Assembly: GCA_965240325.2 (NCBI GenBank)
Contig: OZ251251.1
Span: 806,001 to 870,000, forward strand
Direction: 5' to 3'
DNA length: 64,000 nt
Source: Rebecca billardiae RCC1528
Taxonomy: Eukaryota > Protista > Haptophyta
The notes below the pieces were generated by a model, which was not told the DNA's origin, made no database searches, and worked only from the letters and a program-made list of their open reading frames with translations. This document shows positions 50,718-62,778 of the stretch, in pieces. Numbering within the stretch: the first letter of the stretch is position 1; each line of letters starts with the position of its first letter. A program made the translations under genes and the position numbers.

Positions 50718-51350
50718 TAACGATAATCCCGTTTTTGTTCACTGTGTTATTAGATCGATGATCCGATATATCGAAGCCGCATATCGCATCAGGCTCCGCG
50801 AGGCCGAGGCACTTGCGCGGACCGCGTGGCGCGTCTCGGCGTCCCGTGCCGCGCGCGGCGCGGCGTCGGCGGAGTCGGACTCGGTCGGCCGCCGCGGCAC
50901 CCACTGACCCAGCCGCTCTGCATCCTGCGTACTGAGTTAATAAGTCACTACTGTACTGCAGCTATATAATAATATATATACATCACGACGTCGCGCCGCA
51001 CAGTAGGAGCTTCCCGAAGGCGGCGCTCTTGGAGAGACCGCCGGCGCGCGCGGCGTCCTCCTCCAGGCGGATGCTCACTCACTGACTCACACCCGCCGAT
51101 CAGCACATCACTGTGTCAGCTCCGGTTCCGCCACGTACTCGACCTCGTTAGTCGTTGGGCATGTAGGAGGGCTGCTTGCGCTCGAGCGCGCGCGCTTGTC
51201 GACCGGCACCCGGCCGGTGAGGAGCGGCACCCGCATGAGCTCGCGAACGCGCTCGGGCGGCACGAGCCCCGCGGCGAGCTCGTGGTGGTTGTAGTAGTAC
51301 GCGTCCAACATCCCCTGGGCCCCGGAGCCGCCAGTGGACCGAGAGTAAGG

Positions 51351-51879
51351 CTAGAGCCCAAGCGCCTGCTTGACGAAGGCCTCCACCTGGACCGACGCGG
51401 ATGGATCACTGGCGGCAGTGGTCGTGTACGAGTCTGTCGGCTGACCATGCTTGTAGGCAATGATCTCTGGGATAGTCTGCGGCTCGTGGCTCAAAATGAG
51501 CGTTACGCCCGTGATCATGTCTGCCATGTCCATCCTCATGTACTCGGCCTGCGGGAATTGCGCAGCGACCTGGTCGAAGGCATTATCGACGCTCACGCAG
51601 TCACCATCACACCTGAGGGTTCGAGTCGGCGCGCGTGGTGGCTTTCATGCAGCGATCGATCGGTACGGCGCAGCGCGGCGCAAGTTGCGGAAACGCATGC
51701 GTTACGCACCGTGGCGACCAATCACCACCGGGACCATTAAGCTCGGCTAACCACGGTTCCACTTTGTTGAGCGAATCTGGCGGCACCGTGAACTCGACGA
51801 ACACCGTCTTGTCGCCGGCAGCTTTGAGCGCGGCGTCGAACGCTGCCACCGAGTCGAACTGCCGCTGCTCCACGCCCAT
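51351..51879 (-). CDS. Thioredoxin-fold protein (TRP14/TXNDC17-like) with atypical WCDGDC site; exons 51879-51752, 51612-51351
   Basis: FDAALKAAGDKTVFVEFT...EPW|CDGDCVSVDNAFDQVAAQFPQAEYMRMD...TIPEIIAYKHG (cis-Pro motif TIP); GT-AG intron 51751-51613. Confidence 0.8.
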
Positions 51880-52264
51880 CCTTGATCGCTTGCGCCTTGC
51901 CGGCCAGACGTCGCGGTCGCGTGTTTTCCGCGCCCTAATTATTAACTTGCTAGCTTCTACTTCTAGTCATACTCATAGTCATACTCATACGTATACGTTT
52001 TGTCGTCGCGATCAGCTTTACCATAGCTGGCACGTACAGCAGTCAGTACGGCTCAGGTGACGGGCAGGATACTCACGGCACGCTCAGGTGCTGGCCCTCG
52101 CGAGACCCAGGCGCTGCCCACAGTCCAGGCGGCGAGGCCGCCGCCGGAGCAGCACCGCTGAAGCCGCTCGCGCCCGGGCCGTCGGTGCGGCTGGGCGCGG
52201 CGTCCGAGCCCTCGAATGGCGCTGATGCCTGATGGGCTCGGCCAGCGGACCACGGGCGCGCAGC

Positions 52265-52715
52265 TTAGTGAATGCGCTCCAGCCACACGGGGCAGACCCC
52301 GAGCCCCGGGCACAGCACGTGGTAGTACAGCAGCTCGCGGAACATCTCCTGCCCGTTCCAGAACTGATCCTGCGCGCGGAAGCAGCAAGGGCACACACGC
52401 AGGGCACCGGCGCGGCGGCCGCGCGACGGGCGCAGATGGATGGCGGTAAGCGGACGAATACGGGTGCGGCTGAGGCGGCCCGCGGCGCGTGCGCTCGGCC
52501 CAGCCACGCCCGCGCCGCCCGCCACGCGCCGCGCGCACGTAGACGTAGCACGGCCCGTCGAAGACGAGCGGGCACGAGCTCTGCCGCTTCACGTTCCACG
52601 TCTGCCCGAGCTTCACCACCTTCTGCTCGACGTGCTGCACGACGGGGAGCGCCGAGGCGAGCGCGAGCGCGAGCGCCACCACGGCCAGGAAGAGCAGCGT
52701 CTTGTTGCGAGCCAT
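52265..52715 (-). CDS. 93-aa secreted peptide precursor (signal peptide, pro-segment, KR site, 4-Cys mature peptide); exons 52715-52539, 52369-52265
   Basis: MARNKTLLFLAVVALALALASA-LPVVQHVEQKVVKLGQTWNVKR-QSSCPLVFDGPCYVY|DQFWNGQEMFRELLYYHVLCPGLGVCPVWLERIH; GT-AG intron 52538-52370; strong codon bias. Confidence 0.75.
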
Positions 52716-53252
52716 CGTGCCCTGCCACCGAGCAGGGCGCGCATGCGGGCGGCGCGCGCGGGCCGGTCAGGGGGCCAGGCGGGGCAGCGCGCGGCCGCCG
52801 AGCGGCTCGCGCGCGTCGGGTGCCGCCGGGCCGAGCTGACGAGCGCGTGCGCCTCGTCGGCTGCACGGGCCAACGCTGCCGCCACACGCGCCGAGCGCGC
52901 TTGCCCACGGGCCGTGCCCCCGTCGCGGCCGCGGCGCGCCCGCCGGCGAGGATGGCGCCACTGCGCACCTGCAACCCCTCAGGCTCAAGGCGGCTCGAGC
53001 ACCCGAGCAGCGCCCCCCTGCGCCCCCTCTGCTACGATTATCTATCGATCACCGGCGCGCGTCGCGGCGCGCGGGCTCACCGGCACCAACTCGCTTCAAT
53101 AAGCAGGGCGCTCAAGTTCTCCTATGGGACAGCAGTCTGAAACGCGACGAGCACCCATATTGGGGTATGCAAAAGCGCCCGCCCCGGACCCATGACTCGG
53201 ACGAAACTGACTGCTGAGCACTCCGATGGCCCCCCGGACCGTCTGGCCGCCG

Positions 53253-53632
53253 CTACGCTCGCTTGTTCTTGCCGCCGGCGGCGCCGCGCGAGGGCGACGC
53301 CGCGGCCTTCCCCGGCGACGCCCACGGCCCCGCCCGCGCCGGGCGCTCGCCCGCGCGGCCCGCGCCCGCCGCCGCGGCCGAGAGCGCGTGCGCCACGCGG
53401 CTGAGCTCTGCGGGGTCGAGCTCAACGCCCGGCAAGGGGCCGAGGGCGGCGGCGGCGGCGGCGGCGTGGTCGTCGTCCGAGCGGGCGGCGGCGGCGTGCT
53501 CCGCGGCGGCGGCGGCCTCCGAGCGCGCCGCGCCCCTCGGCCCCCTGTCCACCCCCAGCGCCGCCATCGCCTCCTCCCACTCGTCGTAGCCCTCGGCGCG
53601 CGCGGCCGCGCGGCGCGCGGCGTGCGCGGCCG

Positions 53633-53667
<35 letters not shown>

Positions 53668-55832
53668 GCGGGCGCGGCGCCGCCGAGTGTGGCGATGGTC
53701 TGCACGACGCGCGTCCAGCCCGCGAGCGCGCGCCCGCCCGTGCGGAACAGCCCGTCCACCGTGTCGTCCACCGCCACGCCCAGCCCGCCCACCGCCGAGC
53801 CGAGCGCGCGCACACCCCCGTCTGTCACGACGCCCACCGACGCCGCCAGCCCGCCGCCGAGGGAGCTGGCGCTGGAGAGGACGCCGCCGACGAGCTGCGC
53901 GCCGCCGCTCGCGACGGCGCGCGCGTCGAGCGTGAGCACGCCCCGCGTGCTCGTCAGCGCGCCGCCGCCCACCCCCGCCGCCAGGCCCGCCCCCGAGTCG
54001 AGCACCGTGCCGAGCGCGCCCACCGTGGCGCTGGTCAGTCCGTCCGCCACGTGGCGCGCCGAGCCGGTGACGCCCCGCACGAGGGGGCCGAGGGGGCCGA
54101 GGCGGTCGGCCATGGTGTCCACGCCGGAGAGCGCGGCGGAGAGGCCGGTCGAGAGCCCGCTCGCCACCGCGCCCACCGAGCCCTCCACCCCGCCGCCCAG
54201 GCTGCCCGCGCCGCGCCGCACGCCCTCCGCCAGTTCGCGCGCTGAGCCCGACGACAGGGCGGCGGCCAGCTGCTTGGTGGCCTCCACGCCGCCGTCGATG
54301 AGCGCGCGGGAGCCGCCGAGCGCGCCGTCGACGAGGGCGCGCGCGGCGCCGGTCGCGCCGGCGAGCAGCTCGGAGCCCGGCACGTTCAGCCCGAGCAGCG
54401 GCGCGTTGAGCGAGTCGACGGCCCCTAGGGAGAAGCCGATCACGCCGGCGGCCGCGGCGGTGGCGCCGACGAGCGCGTCCGCGAGCACGTCTGCGGAGGA
54501 GGAGGCGAGGGCGCGGAAGGCGAGGGCGTGGAGCCAGAGGGCGAGCGCGGCGGACATCGCGGCGGCGGCCGCCGCGCCGCCGCCCCCGCCCCCGTCCGCG
54601 CTCAGCGCGTGCAGCAGCCGCGCCCCCAGCCGCTCCTCCGAGAGCGTGAGCGGCGGCAGCACGCGCACGCCTCCGCCCGCCGCCGGGCTCAGGTTGAGGA
54701 CCACGTCCACGCGCGCGCGCTGGATGACGACGGAGTCGAGCGAGAGGAGCGGGGGCGGCGCGGAGGAGGCGGCGGCGCGCTCGGCCGCGTCGCTCGCCGC
54801 GCGCGCCGCCGCGGCCACCGCGTCCCCCTTCCCCTCCCCGCCCTCCCCCGCCCCCTCGGGTGCGTACCCCATCCGCGTGAGCAGCCGCGCCACGTTCGTG
54901 TCGCGCATGCCGTGGTCGTACGAGACGAAGCGCAGGTGCGGCGAGCGCACGAGCACGCGCACGGCGTAGCGCTGCGGCCCGCGCCGCTCGATCGAGACGT
55001 ACAGCGCCTGCACGCTCGCGATCGTGTCGCGCCCCGGCGGCGGCAGCGCGGGGTCCGGCGCGCCGTCGCGCGTCGGCGCGCCGGCCGCCGCGCCGCCGCC
55101 GCCGCCGCCGGCCGCGCCGCCGGCCGCGCCGCCGGCCGCGAGCGAGCCGCTGGCGCCCGCCGCGGCGGGCGCCGCCGCGGCTGCAGGCGGCGCGGCCGCG
55201 GCCGCGCCCATCGCCACACCGCCACCGGGGCGCGCCGCCGCGCCGCCGCCCGCGCCCAGCCGCGCGGGCGGCGCGCCCGCCGCCGCCGCGCCGCCGCCCG
55301 CCGCCGCCGCGCCGCCGAGCGACGCGCTGATGGCGGCGCGCGGCTTGCCGCCGCGCCGCCGGCGCGCGGCCTCGTCCATCGCCGCGTCCGCCGCGACCGA
55401 CGCCACCTTCGCCGCCTGCGCCGCCCCCTCGGGCCGGCGGAGCGCGCGCCGGCCGAGCGCGCTCCGGCCGCCGCGCGGCAACCGCGGGTGGAACGGCGTG
55501 TACGCGACGAGGTCGCGGACGACGAAGGCGCACGCGTCGATCGGCGGGTCGAGCGCGCGGAGGCGCTCCAGCGGCGACGCCGCCCACTCGAGCCGCTCCA
55601 CCTCGAGCGCGCCCAGCTCGACGTCGAGCGCGGCGAGCTGCGCGAGAAGGAACGGAAGCGCGCGCACGCGGTGGCGCCAGCCGGCGACCGCGGCGGCGGT
55701 GGCGGCGAGGAGGAGGGCGAGGGCGACGAGGACGAGCGTGAGCAGCGCGCGCGCGCCCACCACCGCCGCGCTCGCCGCGGCGTGCGCCAGCGTCGACGCC
55801 AGCGCCGGCGGCTCCGCCGAGGCCGCAGTCAT
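53253..55832 (-). CDS. Membrane-anchored protein with beta-rich AsmA-like middle and Gly-rich amphipathic helical C-terminal repeats
   Basis: N-terminal TM helix (LLTLVLVALALLLAATAAAVAGW); beta-strand segments IASVQALYVSI, VRVLVRSPHLRFV, DTNVARLL, LSLDSVVIQRARVDV; GxxxG-rich helices. Confidence 0.6.
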
Positions 55833-56757
55833 GTGTGATGACAACGCTGGCGATGCGGGCTTGCGGCCGTCCGCTACAGCAGCAGTGCAGCACGCGCGCG
55901 CGCTGGCGAGCGCTCCAGCGCGCAGGTTTCACGTTTCAGGGGTTCCGCGAGAACGGAAGGCCAGGCGGCTTTTTGGACGTGACGAAAAATCCGAATACCG
56001 GTTATACCGCCGAGTAACTGAGTTTTGTTTCGTCCGTTCGGTGTTTTCACGTCTTGCCGTCACTCGTCACACTGCTGATGGTCAGCGATTCAGTCCGCAA
56101 GCACTCGACCGTCGCCACACGCGCACGCTCACTCGCAGCCTCTCGCACACGCCCGCTCCCTGAGCGAGCCGCCGGGCAGCACGGCCGCTGCCCAGGCTCG
56201 GCGCCGCGCCACGGGCTGGTTGGTCCGGGAGCGCCGCCACGCCGATTGGGTGCCGCGCTGCCGTCTTTAACCAAGTCATCGGCGGTGCCGGCGCCGCCCG
56301 TGAGTGTTGTTGTCACGGGCTGGATGGGTGGTCGGCCGAGCCGTGCGTGGCGGCTCCGCCGTGTGTGTGTATTTGGGTGGGCCCGACGCCGCCTTTCACG
56401 GCCGTCGGCGCGCCACCGCCGCCGCCGATCGGCGGTGTGCACGCTCGCGAGGCGACGCGCGCGCGGCGCTGCCGAGAGGCTGGGGGCTCGGGCCAGCGCC
56501 GCCGCGGCCGCGCGGCGTGCGGTGTGCGTGTGGGTCGGGTGGGGGAGCGTCGCCGGCACGGGCGTGGCGGGGCGTGGGGGCGTGCCGCTTCACGCGGCAC
56601 GCCCACACACGCGCCGCCCGTGCACGCCCGGGGCCCTCGGCGCTCGGCTCAGACGCTGACTCGCGCGCGGCGCGCCGCGGCGGCGGCCCGGCCCAGCGGC
56701 CTTCGCGCGCTCACGCGCGCGCAGCGCTTGCGCGCGCGCGCCGCGGCTCGGCACGGG

Positions 56758-57515
56758 CTATGTCGTCATGCGCCGGTGTTGCCTCATCAGCCGCGAGTGC
56801 GACGGCGGCGACCAGACGGTCGCCGGCCGCGCCGGCAGCGGCGAGACGGACGGCGGGATGTCGCGCAGGAAGCGCAGCGGCGACTGGTGGCGGCCGAAGG
56901 GCGCCGGGCTGCTCGCGCGCCGCGGCGACGGGCCGCGGAACGCCGCCGGGTGCTTATCGGCGTTCACCTGGCGCGCGTCCTCCTCGTCGTGCCGCGACGA
57001 GTGGCGGAATGGCTTCTCAGCGAACGTTGTCATCCACGGGGGGGGCGGGGGGGGCGGGGGTGGCCACCTCTCGCTCTGACGCTCTGTGGCCGGCTGGCCG
57101 GTTTCGCGCGTTCGCGACGCACTTTCGCACTCGCAGTCTCGTCGCGGGTGCCTATTGCCATATGCGCCCCGAACGGCTGATGAACGCCGGACCAACGTCC
57201 TCTCACGCTGATTGGCCGACTTAGAGGGGGTGAAGCGTTCTGCTTATCATAGCTGCGTTGAAGTTTGACGCGGACCGAATAGTACTTGATGTGAAAGCAC
57301 AACTGAGTGCCGAGGATGCGATCTACGCAGCTGATGATCATGAACCGATGCAAATCATGTCCACTTGACCACTTGCAGTTCGGTTGGGCGCACCGTTTGC
57401 GGAGGGGCAAAGCCTGAAGACAATCATCGTCGCAAAGTTGAGCTTGCTCGAGGCGAGAAGGAATAACCACCCTGACGAATGGCGGCCGCATACGGTCGCG
57501 TGGGAGAGTGGTCAT
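56758..57515 (-). other. Possible hypothetical or degraded gene (two overlapping frames meeting near a G-run)
   Basis: Lower-GC protein-like frame (FVRVVIPSRLEQAQLCDDDC...RFMIISCVDRILGTQLCFHIKYY) and a second frame WMTTFAEKPFRH...; G-run at ~57038-57060. Confidence 0.25.
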
Positions 57516-58560
57516 GACGGCCGCGAGCAGGCGTGCGCCTCCGTGCCCGCATGCGGCGAACGCCCGCGTGGGATGCCGCGCCTCGCTTCGCATCGGGCTG
57601 GCTATCACCAAGGGGCTGGACGCCGCGCGCATCCGGGCCCCACCTTACCCCGCAGGCGAGGGCCGTCGCTGCGAACGCCACTCAGCGCCCGGCACGGGGC
57701 GCCGTTCTGAGTACCGCCGCGAATCGGCCCGTCTGTGAGCGGCCGTGGGTGGCGCGCGCGCCAGCGGTGCATGGGTGGATGCAGAGCCACGGTCGAGGGG
57801 CCCTGATGCCTGCCGTCCGAGCACGCCAATCGCTCTGTCTGACAGGCGGGCGGGCGCAGAGCGTGCCCGCCCCGGGAGCCGCCGGGGTTACGGTCGGGAG
57901 GGCCGGCGCCGCGACGCGCCTGACGGAGTGGCGTCACGCGTCACGCGCTGCGCTATTGGGCGATGTCGATTCGGGATGAATGCCACGTCAGCCGATGGTG
58001 ATACTGGGCGCCGGGCAGCACTGCCGTCATCACATCAATCAACAGCCGCACCATCTGGCGCAGCGGCGCGACCGCCGCCGGCGACTCCCGCGCAGCGGCC
58101 GCGGCGCGGTCCCCTCCCCCGACCAGTCGTCGGACTCGGAGCGGCCTCCTGCAGTTGGCGCGCAGGCAGCCGCCGGGCCATGCTTTCTCTTCCGACCGCG
58201 GACCGCTCGGCGTTTGCGTAGGACAGTCTGCTGCCTGCAGCGACGCCCACTTGGGCAACGGAGAGAGCCACCCACGCCGACGGGCTGGGCTAGCATAGCT
58301 GCCTGTCGATCCATATGTAAAGTACTTACAGCAATACTGTACCCGCGGATACGGCTCAAGTTTCCAGGCACATACACGGCGTTTCAGTACGAATGATTGT
58401 AGCCCGGGATCGCTGGGATCATCACCAGTGGCGTGGCCTATTGACGAACGAGGACCGGACGAAAGGCGCTCGAGTTTGGCCCGAACAAGGACCATGAAAT
58501 ACCGCCCGAACCCCCGCCCCGACACAGCTCATCACGGCCGCACGCGCCGCGTCGTTCGCC

Positions 58561-59886
58561 ATGCCGACGACCCGGACGAAGCTCCTCGCCGGCGCGAGCG
58601 CCGGCCTCGCGGTGCTCGGTGCGGTCGTCTTCCTGGCGGTCTCGCTGAGCGCTGGCCCGTCCGGCTCGACGCCCCCCGCCTCGCTGATGGAGCACCCCGC
58701 CACCGGCCCGAGCGCCAAGCCGTACGCGCTCGACTTCCACAGCTGCCCGGAGACCAACCCGATGCGCGCGGTGAACACGTACACGGTGCTGATGGACGCG
58801 GACGGCGTGGTGATCGACTGGGCACCCTCGGTCCTCCCGTACAAGAAGCAGTCGCTCGCCGTGCTCAACAACTTCAAGGCCGCGCTCCCGGCCGAGGAGA
58901 TTGCCGAGATCATGGAGGCGATGCCCAACATCACTAAGGCGTTCGGCAAGCACTGGGTGGAGGTGGAGCAGATCGCGGCCGCGCTCGGCGTGGACACGTC
59001 GGACGTGGTGATCTCGAACATCGTCTACGAGCTCTCCGGCGGCTGCACCTCCATCGTCGCCAACGGCCCCGGCGACTCGATCATCCACGGGCGCAACCTC
59101 GACTACGAGACCTTCTCCACGCCGGGCGACCTTGACGGCGGCGCGGACTCGCTGCAGATCCGGCTGGACTTTGCGTACGAGGCGACGGGCGAGGTGGCGT
59201 TCACGTGCGCCACGTACTCGGGCCAGCTCGGCTGCCTCACCGGCATGCGCCGCGGCGCGTTCTCCATCTCGCTCAACAAGCGCTACCTCGACTCGTTCTC
59301 ACTGGACGTGGTGCGCGAGAACTGGCGCGCGGCGTTCCCCGGGGGCGGGTGGGCGTACAGCCTGTTCATCCGCGAGCTGCTCACGACGGGGACGAACTAC
59401 AGCGCCGCGCTCGAGTCGGTCAAGACGCAGAAGTTCGCCAACACCGCCTACCTCACGCTCGGCGGCGTGCACCGCGACGAGGGCGCTGTCGTCTTCTGCG
59501 CGCGCACGCCAAACGTCTCGGTGGCGCACACGATCGGCGCGCCCGACGTCGAGCCGCTGGGCGCGTACCCGTGCCTGAAGGAGTACTGCCTCGTGACGAA
59601 CCAGGACACGCTCGAGCTCGCGCTGCACCCCGCGTACCCCGGCCCGCCCCAGCTCGAGCACTGGGGCCGCATCTGCTTCTTCCGCATCCGCGGCGGCCAG
59701 TTCAACGTACAGCAGCTCATCGACACGGGCACGCTCAGCGTCGCGACGATGATGAGCGACGTGATGACGCAGTGCCCGTCGCAGGTGGCCAACGCGAACG
59801 CGCCGACCATCCTCACCGCGGTGATGTCGGCGAAGACGGGCTACTTCGACATGATGGTCCCCACGCTCGAGTACGCGTACGCCTGA
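58561..59886 (+). CDS. Acid ceramidase / N-acylethanolamine acid amidase (Ntn hydrolase, choloylglycine hydrolase family)
   Basis: NIVYELSGG|CTSIVA...IIHGRNLDY (autocleavage Cys), GCLTGMRRGAFSISLNKR, AYLTLGGV..DEGAVV; N-terminal signal anchor; intronless. Confidence 0.93.
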   Translation: MPTTRTKLLAGASAGLAVLGAVVFLAVSLSAGPSGSTPPASLMEHPATGPSAKPYALDFHSCPETNPMRAVNTYTVLMDADGVVIDWAPSVLPYKKQSLAVLNNFKAALPAEEIAEIMEAMPNITKAFGKHWVEVEQIAAALGVDTSDVVISNIVYELSGGCTSIVANGPGDSIIHGRNLDYETFSTPGDLDGGADSLQIRLDFAYEATGEVAFTCATYSGQLGCLTGMRRGAFSISLNKRYLDSFSLDVVRENWRAAFPGGGWAYSLFIRELLTTGTNYSAALESVKTQKFANTAYLTLGGVHRDEGAVVFCARTPNVSVAHTIGAPDVEPLGAYPCLKEYCLVTNQDTLELALHPAYPGPPQLEHWGRICFFRIRGGQFNVQQLIDTGTLSVATMMSDVMTQCPSQVANANAPTILTAVMSAKTGYFDMMVPTLEYAYA

Positions 59887-60542
59887 GCAGGCTGAGCACC
59901 GTGCCACTCTGTCCGACTCTGAGCACCGCTTGCACTCCCGACGGAGCGCAGCCGCAGGCGCATATCAAGCAGGTATTTATTGTAATAATTAAATAGGAGC
60001 TACGGTCTGCGACTCGGGCCGAGCTGAGTATGAGCCAGCCTGCGCCCCGGCCCCGCGGGCCGCGCCGCGCCGCCTCCGGGACTGCCGGCCTTACTACTGC
60101 CGCGGCGGCGCCGCGGCCCGCCGTTACGGCGGATCACACGTGGGACCTTAGTGGGGCGCGCGCAGGTCTACAACGGCTGCGCTAGCCGCCGAGCCGCGCG
60201 TCAGCGTGCCGGCTGCGGGCTGTCGGCCTCGGTCGTGCGCGCGGCACCGTCCCGGCGGCAGAGTGCGGGCGGCCGGCTGCGCACCCGTGCTGCGCCAGCT
60301 GGCGCTGCTCGGGACGCGGGTCCGGGACAGCAAAAAAAAAGGTCGGCCCAGGTGGGTATTTGAATATATTGGCCAAAAAAACCAATTCGCCTATTCATCA
60401 GCGCTCATCAGCCATCACTCATTCGCATAGGACGAGCGCCTTTGAATACTGATCGCCCCGAGCAGCGCACGGCGGCGGCGACCGCAGGAGCGAGCCCCGC
60501 GCGCCGCGCACTCCGTCGACTCGCTGGGCGGCGCCCGGGCTG

Positions 60543-61708
60543 ATGCCGATCCCGCCGCCGGCCGCGAGGGTCGCTGGCGCCCGGCGCACGCCCGCGCCCG
60601 CGCCCACCGCCGCCGCTCGGCGCGACTCGCCCGCGCGCGCGCGCCCGCTGCACGCGGCGCCGCGGCCGCACTCGCCGCCGCCGGCCGCGCGGCTCGCCAA
60701 CGGCGGCGGCGGCGGTGGCGTCAGCGGCGGCGGCGGCGCGGACGCCGAGGCGCGCGAGCAGCTGCGGCTACTCAAGCTCGAGCTCGCCGAGCGCGACCGC
60801 CAGATTCGCGCGCTCACCGCCGCGCTCGACGCGAGAGGCGGCGCGCCGGCCGCGCACGCGCCGCCGCGCGCGCGCGCCGCCTCCGCCGGCCGCACCGGCC
60901 GCTCCGGCGCCGTGTGCCCGCACTGCGGGCAGCCGCTCGGGCAGCACGCGGTGGCGCATGGTCTGTCCAACGGCGTCGACGCGCACGAGCCGCCGCGCGT
61001 CCGCCCCGGCGCGGGCGCGCCCGGCGGCGCCGCCGACGCGGCCGCGGCGCGGCGGCGCGCGCCCACGCCGCCCGCGCGCGCGCGCGCCGCGGCCGCCGCG
61101 CCGCCGCGCCGGCCGAGCCCGGCGCCCCGGACGGTGATCGACCTCGCGGCGCGGCCGGCGAGCGGCGGCCCCGCCCGCCCCGCCACGGCGGGCGCGCCGC
61201 ACGCCGGACGCCGGCCGACGGGCCAGGCCCTGCGGCCGCGGCCGCAGGCCACTCCCATCGGAGGCGGCGGCGGCGGCGCGGCCGCGGCGGCCGCGGCGGC
61301 CGCGGCGGCGGCGGAGGCGCTCGCCGCGACGCCGGGCGGGGTGCAGGCGGTGCTGCTCGTGCAGAGCTGGGCGCGCGGGCTGCTCGCGCGCGCGCGCCGC
61401 CGCGCGCACGCCGCCTCGGCCACGCTGCGCGGCGTCGCGGCCGCCGCCGCGCTCGGCGACGGCGGCGGCGCGGACGACGGCGGCGGCGGCGGCGGCGGCT
61501 CGCGCCGCGGCTCGGCTGGCGGCGCGGTGGGCGGCACGGGGCCGGGTGGCGGCGCGGGCGGCGGCGGGAGCCTGCGTGGCAGCCGCCCCGCCTCCGCGCG
61601 ACGCGTCGAGGGCGGGACGGGCCTGGCGGCCGCGGTGCCCCACAGCGCGGGCGCGGGCGCGGCCGCGAATGGCGGCGGCGCGGGCGCTGACGGCTCGCCG
61701 CCGCCGCC

Positions 61709-61741
<33 letters not shown>

Positions 61742-62746
61742 CGCGGCGCACGCGGCGCACGCGCGGCGGCGGCGCTCGTCCGCGACGGGCGAGGCGGTGT
61801 TGCACGCCGCGCGCGTGCAGGCGCGCGCCGCGCGCGCGCCGCGCGTCCGCGCCGCCGTGCCGCTGCGCTGGGCGGCGGCGGCGCGCGGCGGCGGCGGCGG
61901 CGGCGGCGGCGCGGGCGGCGGCGCCGTCAGCCGCGGCGGCGCGGGCGCGGGCGCGGGCGCGGGCGCGCCGCCGGTCGCGTGGTCGGAGCTGGTCGAGCTC
62001 GTGCGCGCGGAGGATCTCGCGGGCGTGGGCGGCGCGTGGCGCGCGCACCCCGGCGCCTCCGCGACCGCGTGCGCGTGCTTCGCCTTCTTCCGAGGGCCGC
62101 TCAGCGCGGCGGCGAGCGAGCCCGGCGGCGGCGGCGAGCGCGTTGCGCTGCTCAAGCTGGAGTGCGGGAGCTACGAGGCGCTCGGCGAGGTGCTCGCCCT
62201 CGAGCTGTGCGCGGCCATCGGCGCGCACACCCCGCCCGCCCTCCTGCTCGAGCGAGGCAGCGCCGAGTGGGTGGCGTTGGCGCGCGCGCTGCGCGGCGCG
62301 GCGCGCACGCCGCGCGCGGCGCCGCACGGCGGCCGCGCGGCGGTGGGCGGCGGCGGCGGCGGCGGCGGCGGTGGCGTGGGCGGCGATGCGGGCGCGGCGC
62401 CGCCCGGGCTGGAGGGCTCGGACGCGTGCGTGCTGCTCGGCGTGCCCCGCGCCGAGCCGCTCGACTCCGCCGCCTCCATTGCCCTCTGCAAGGCCGCCGC
62501 CGATCCCGCGGCGTTTGCTGCGCGCGCGCTCGGCGGCGCGGCGGCCGCGCTGGTCGCCGATGCTGCGCTGGGCACGGGGCTGCTGCTGCTCGGCGGCGGC
62601 GGCGCGGCGGACGGCGCCGCGCACGCGCTCGTGCTCACGCCCGACGGCGACGTGCTGCTGCCGCTGCTGCCTGTGCCGCGCGCGCCGCACGCGCCGCCGC
62701 CGCCGCCGCCGCCGCCGCCGGGCGCGGGCGGCGGCGGCGGCGCGGC

Positions 62747-62778
<32 letters not shown>

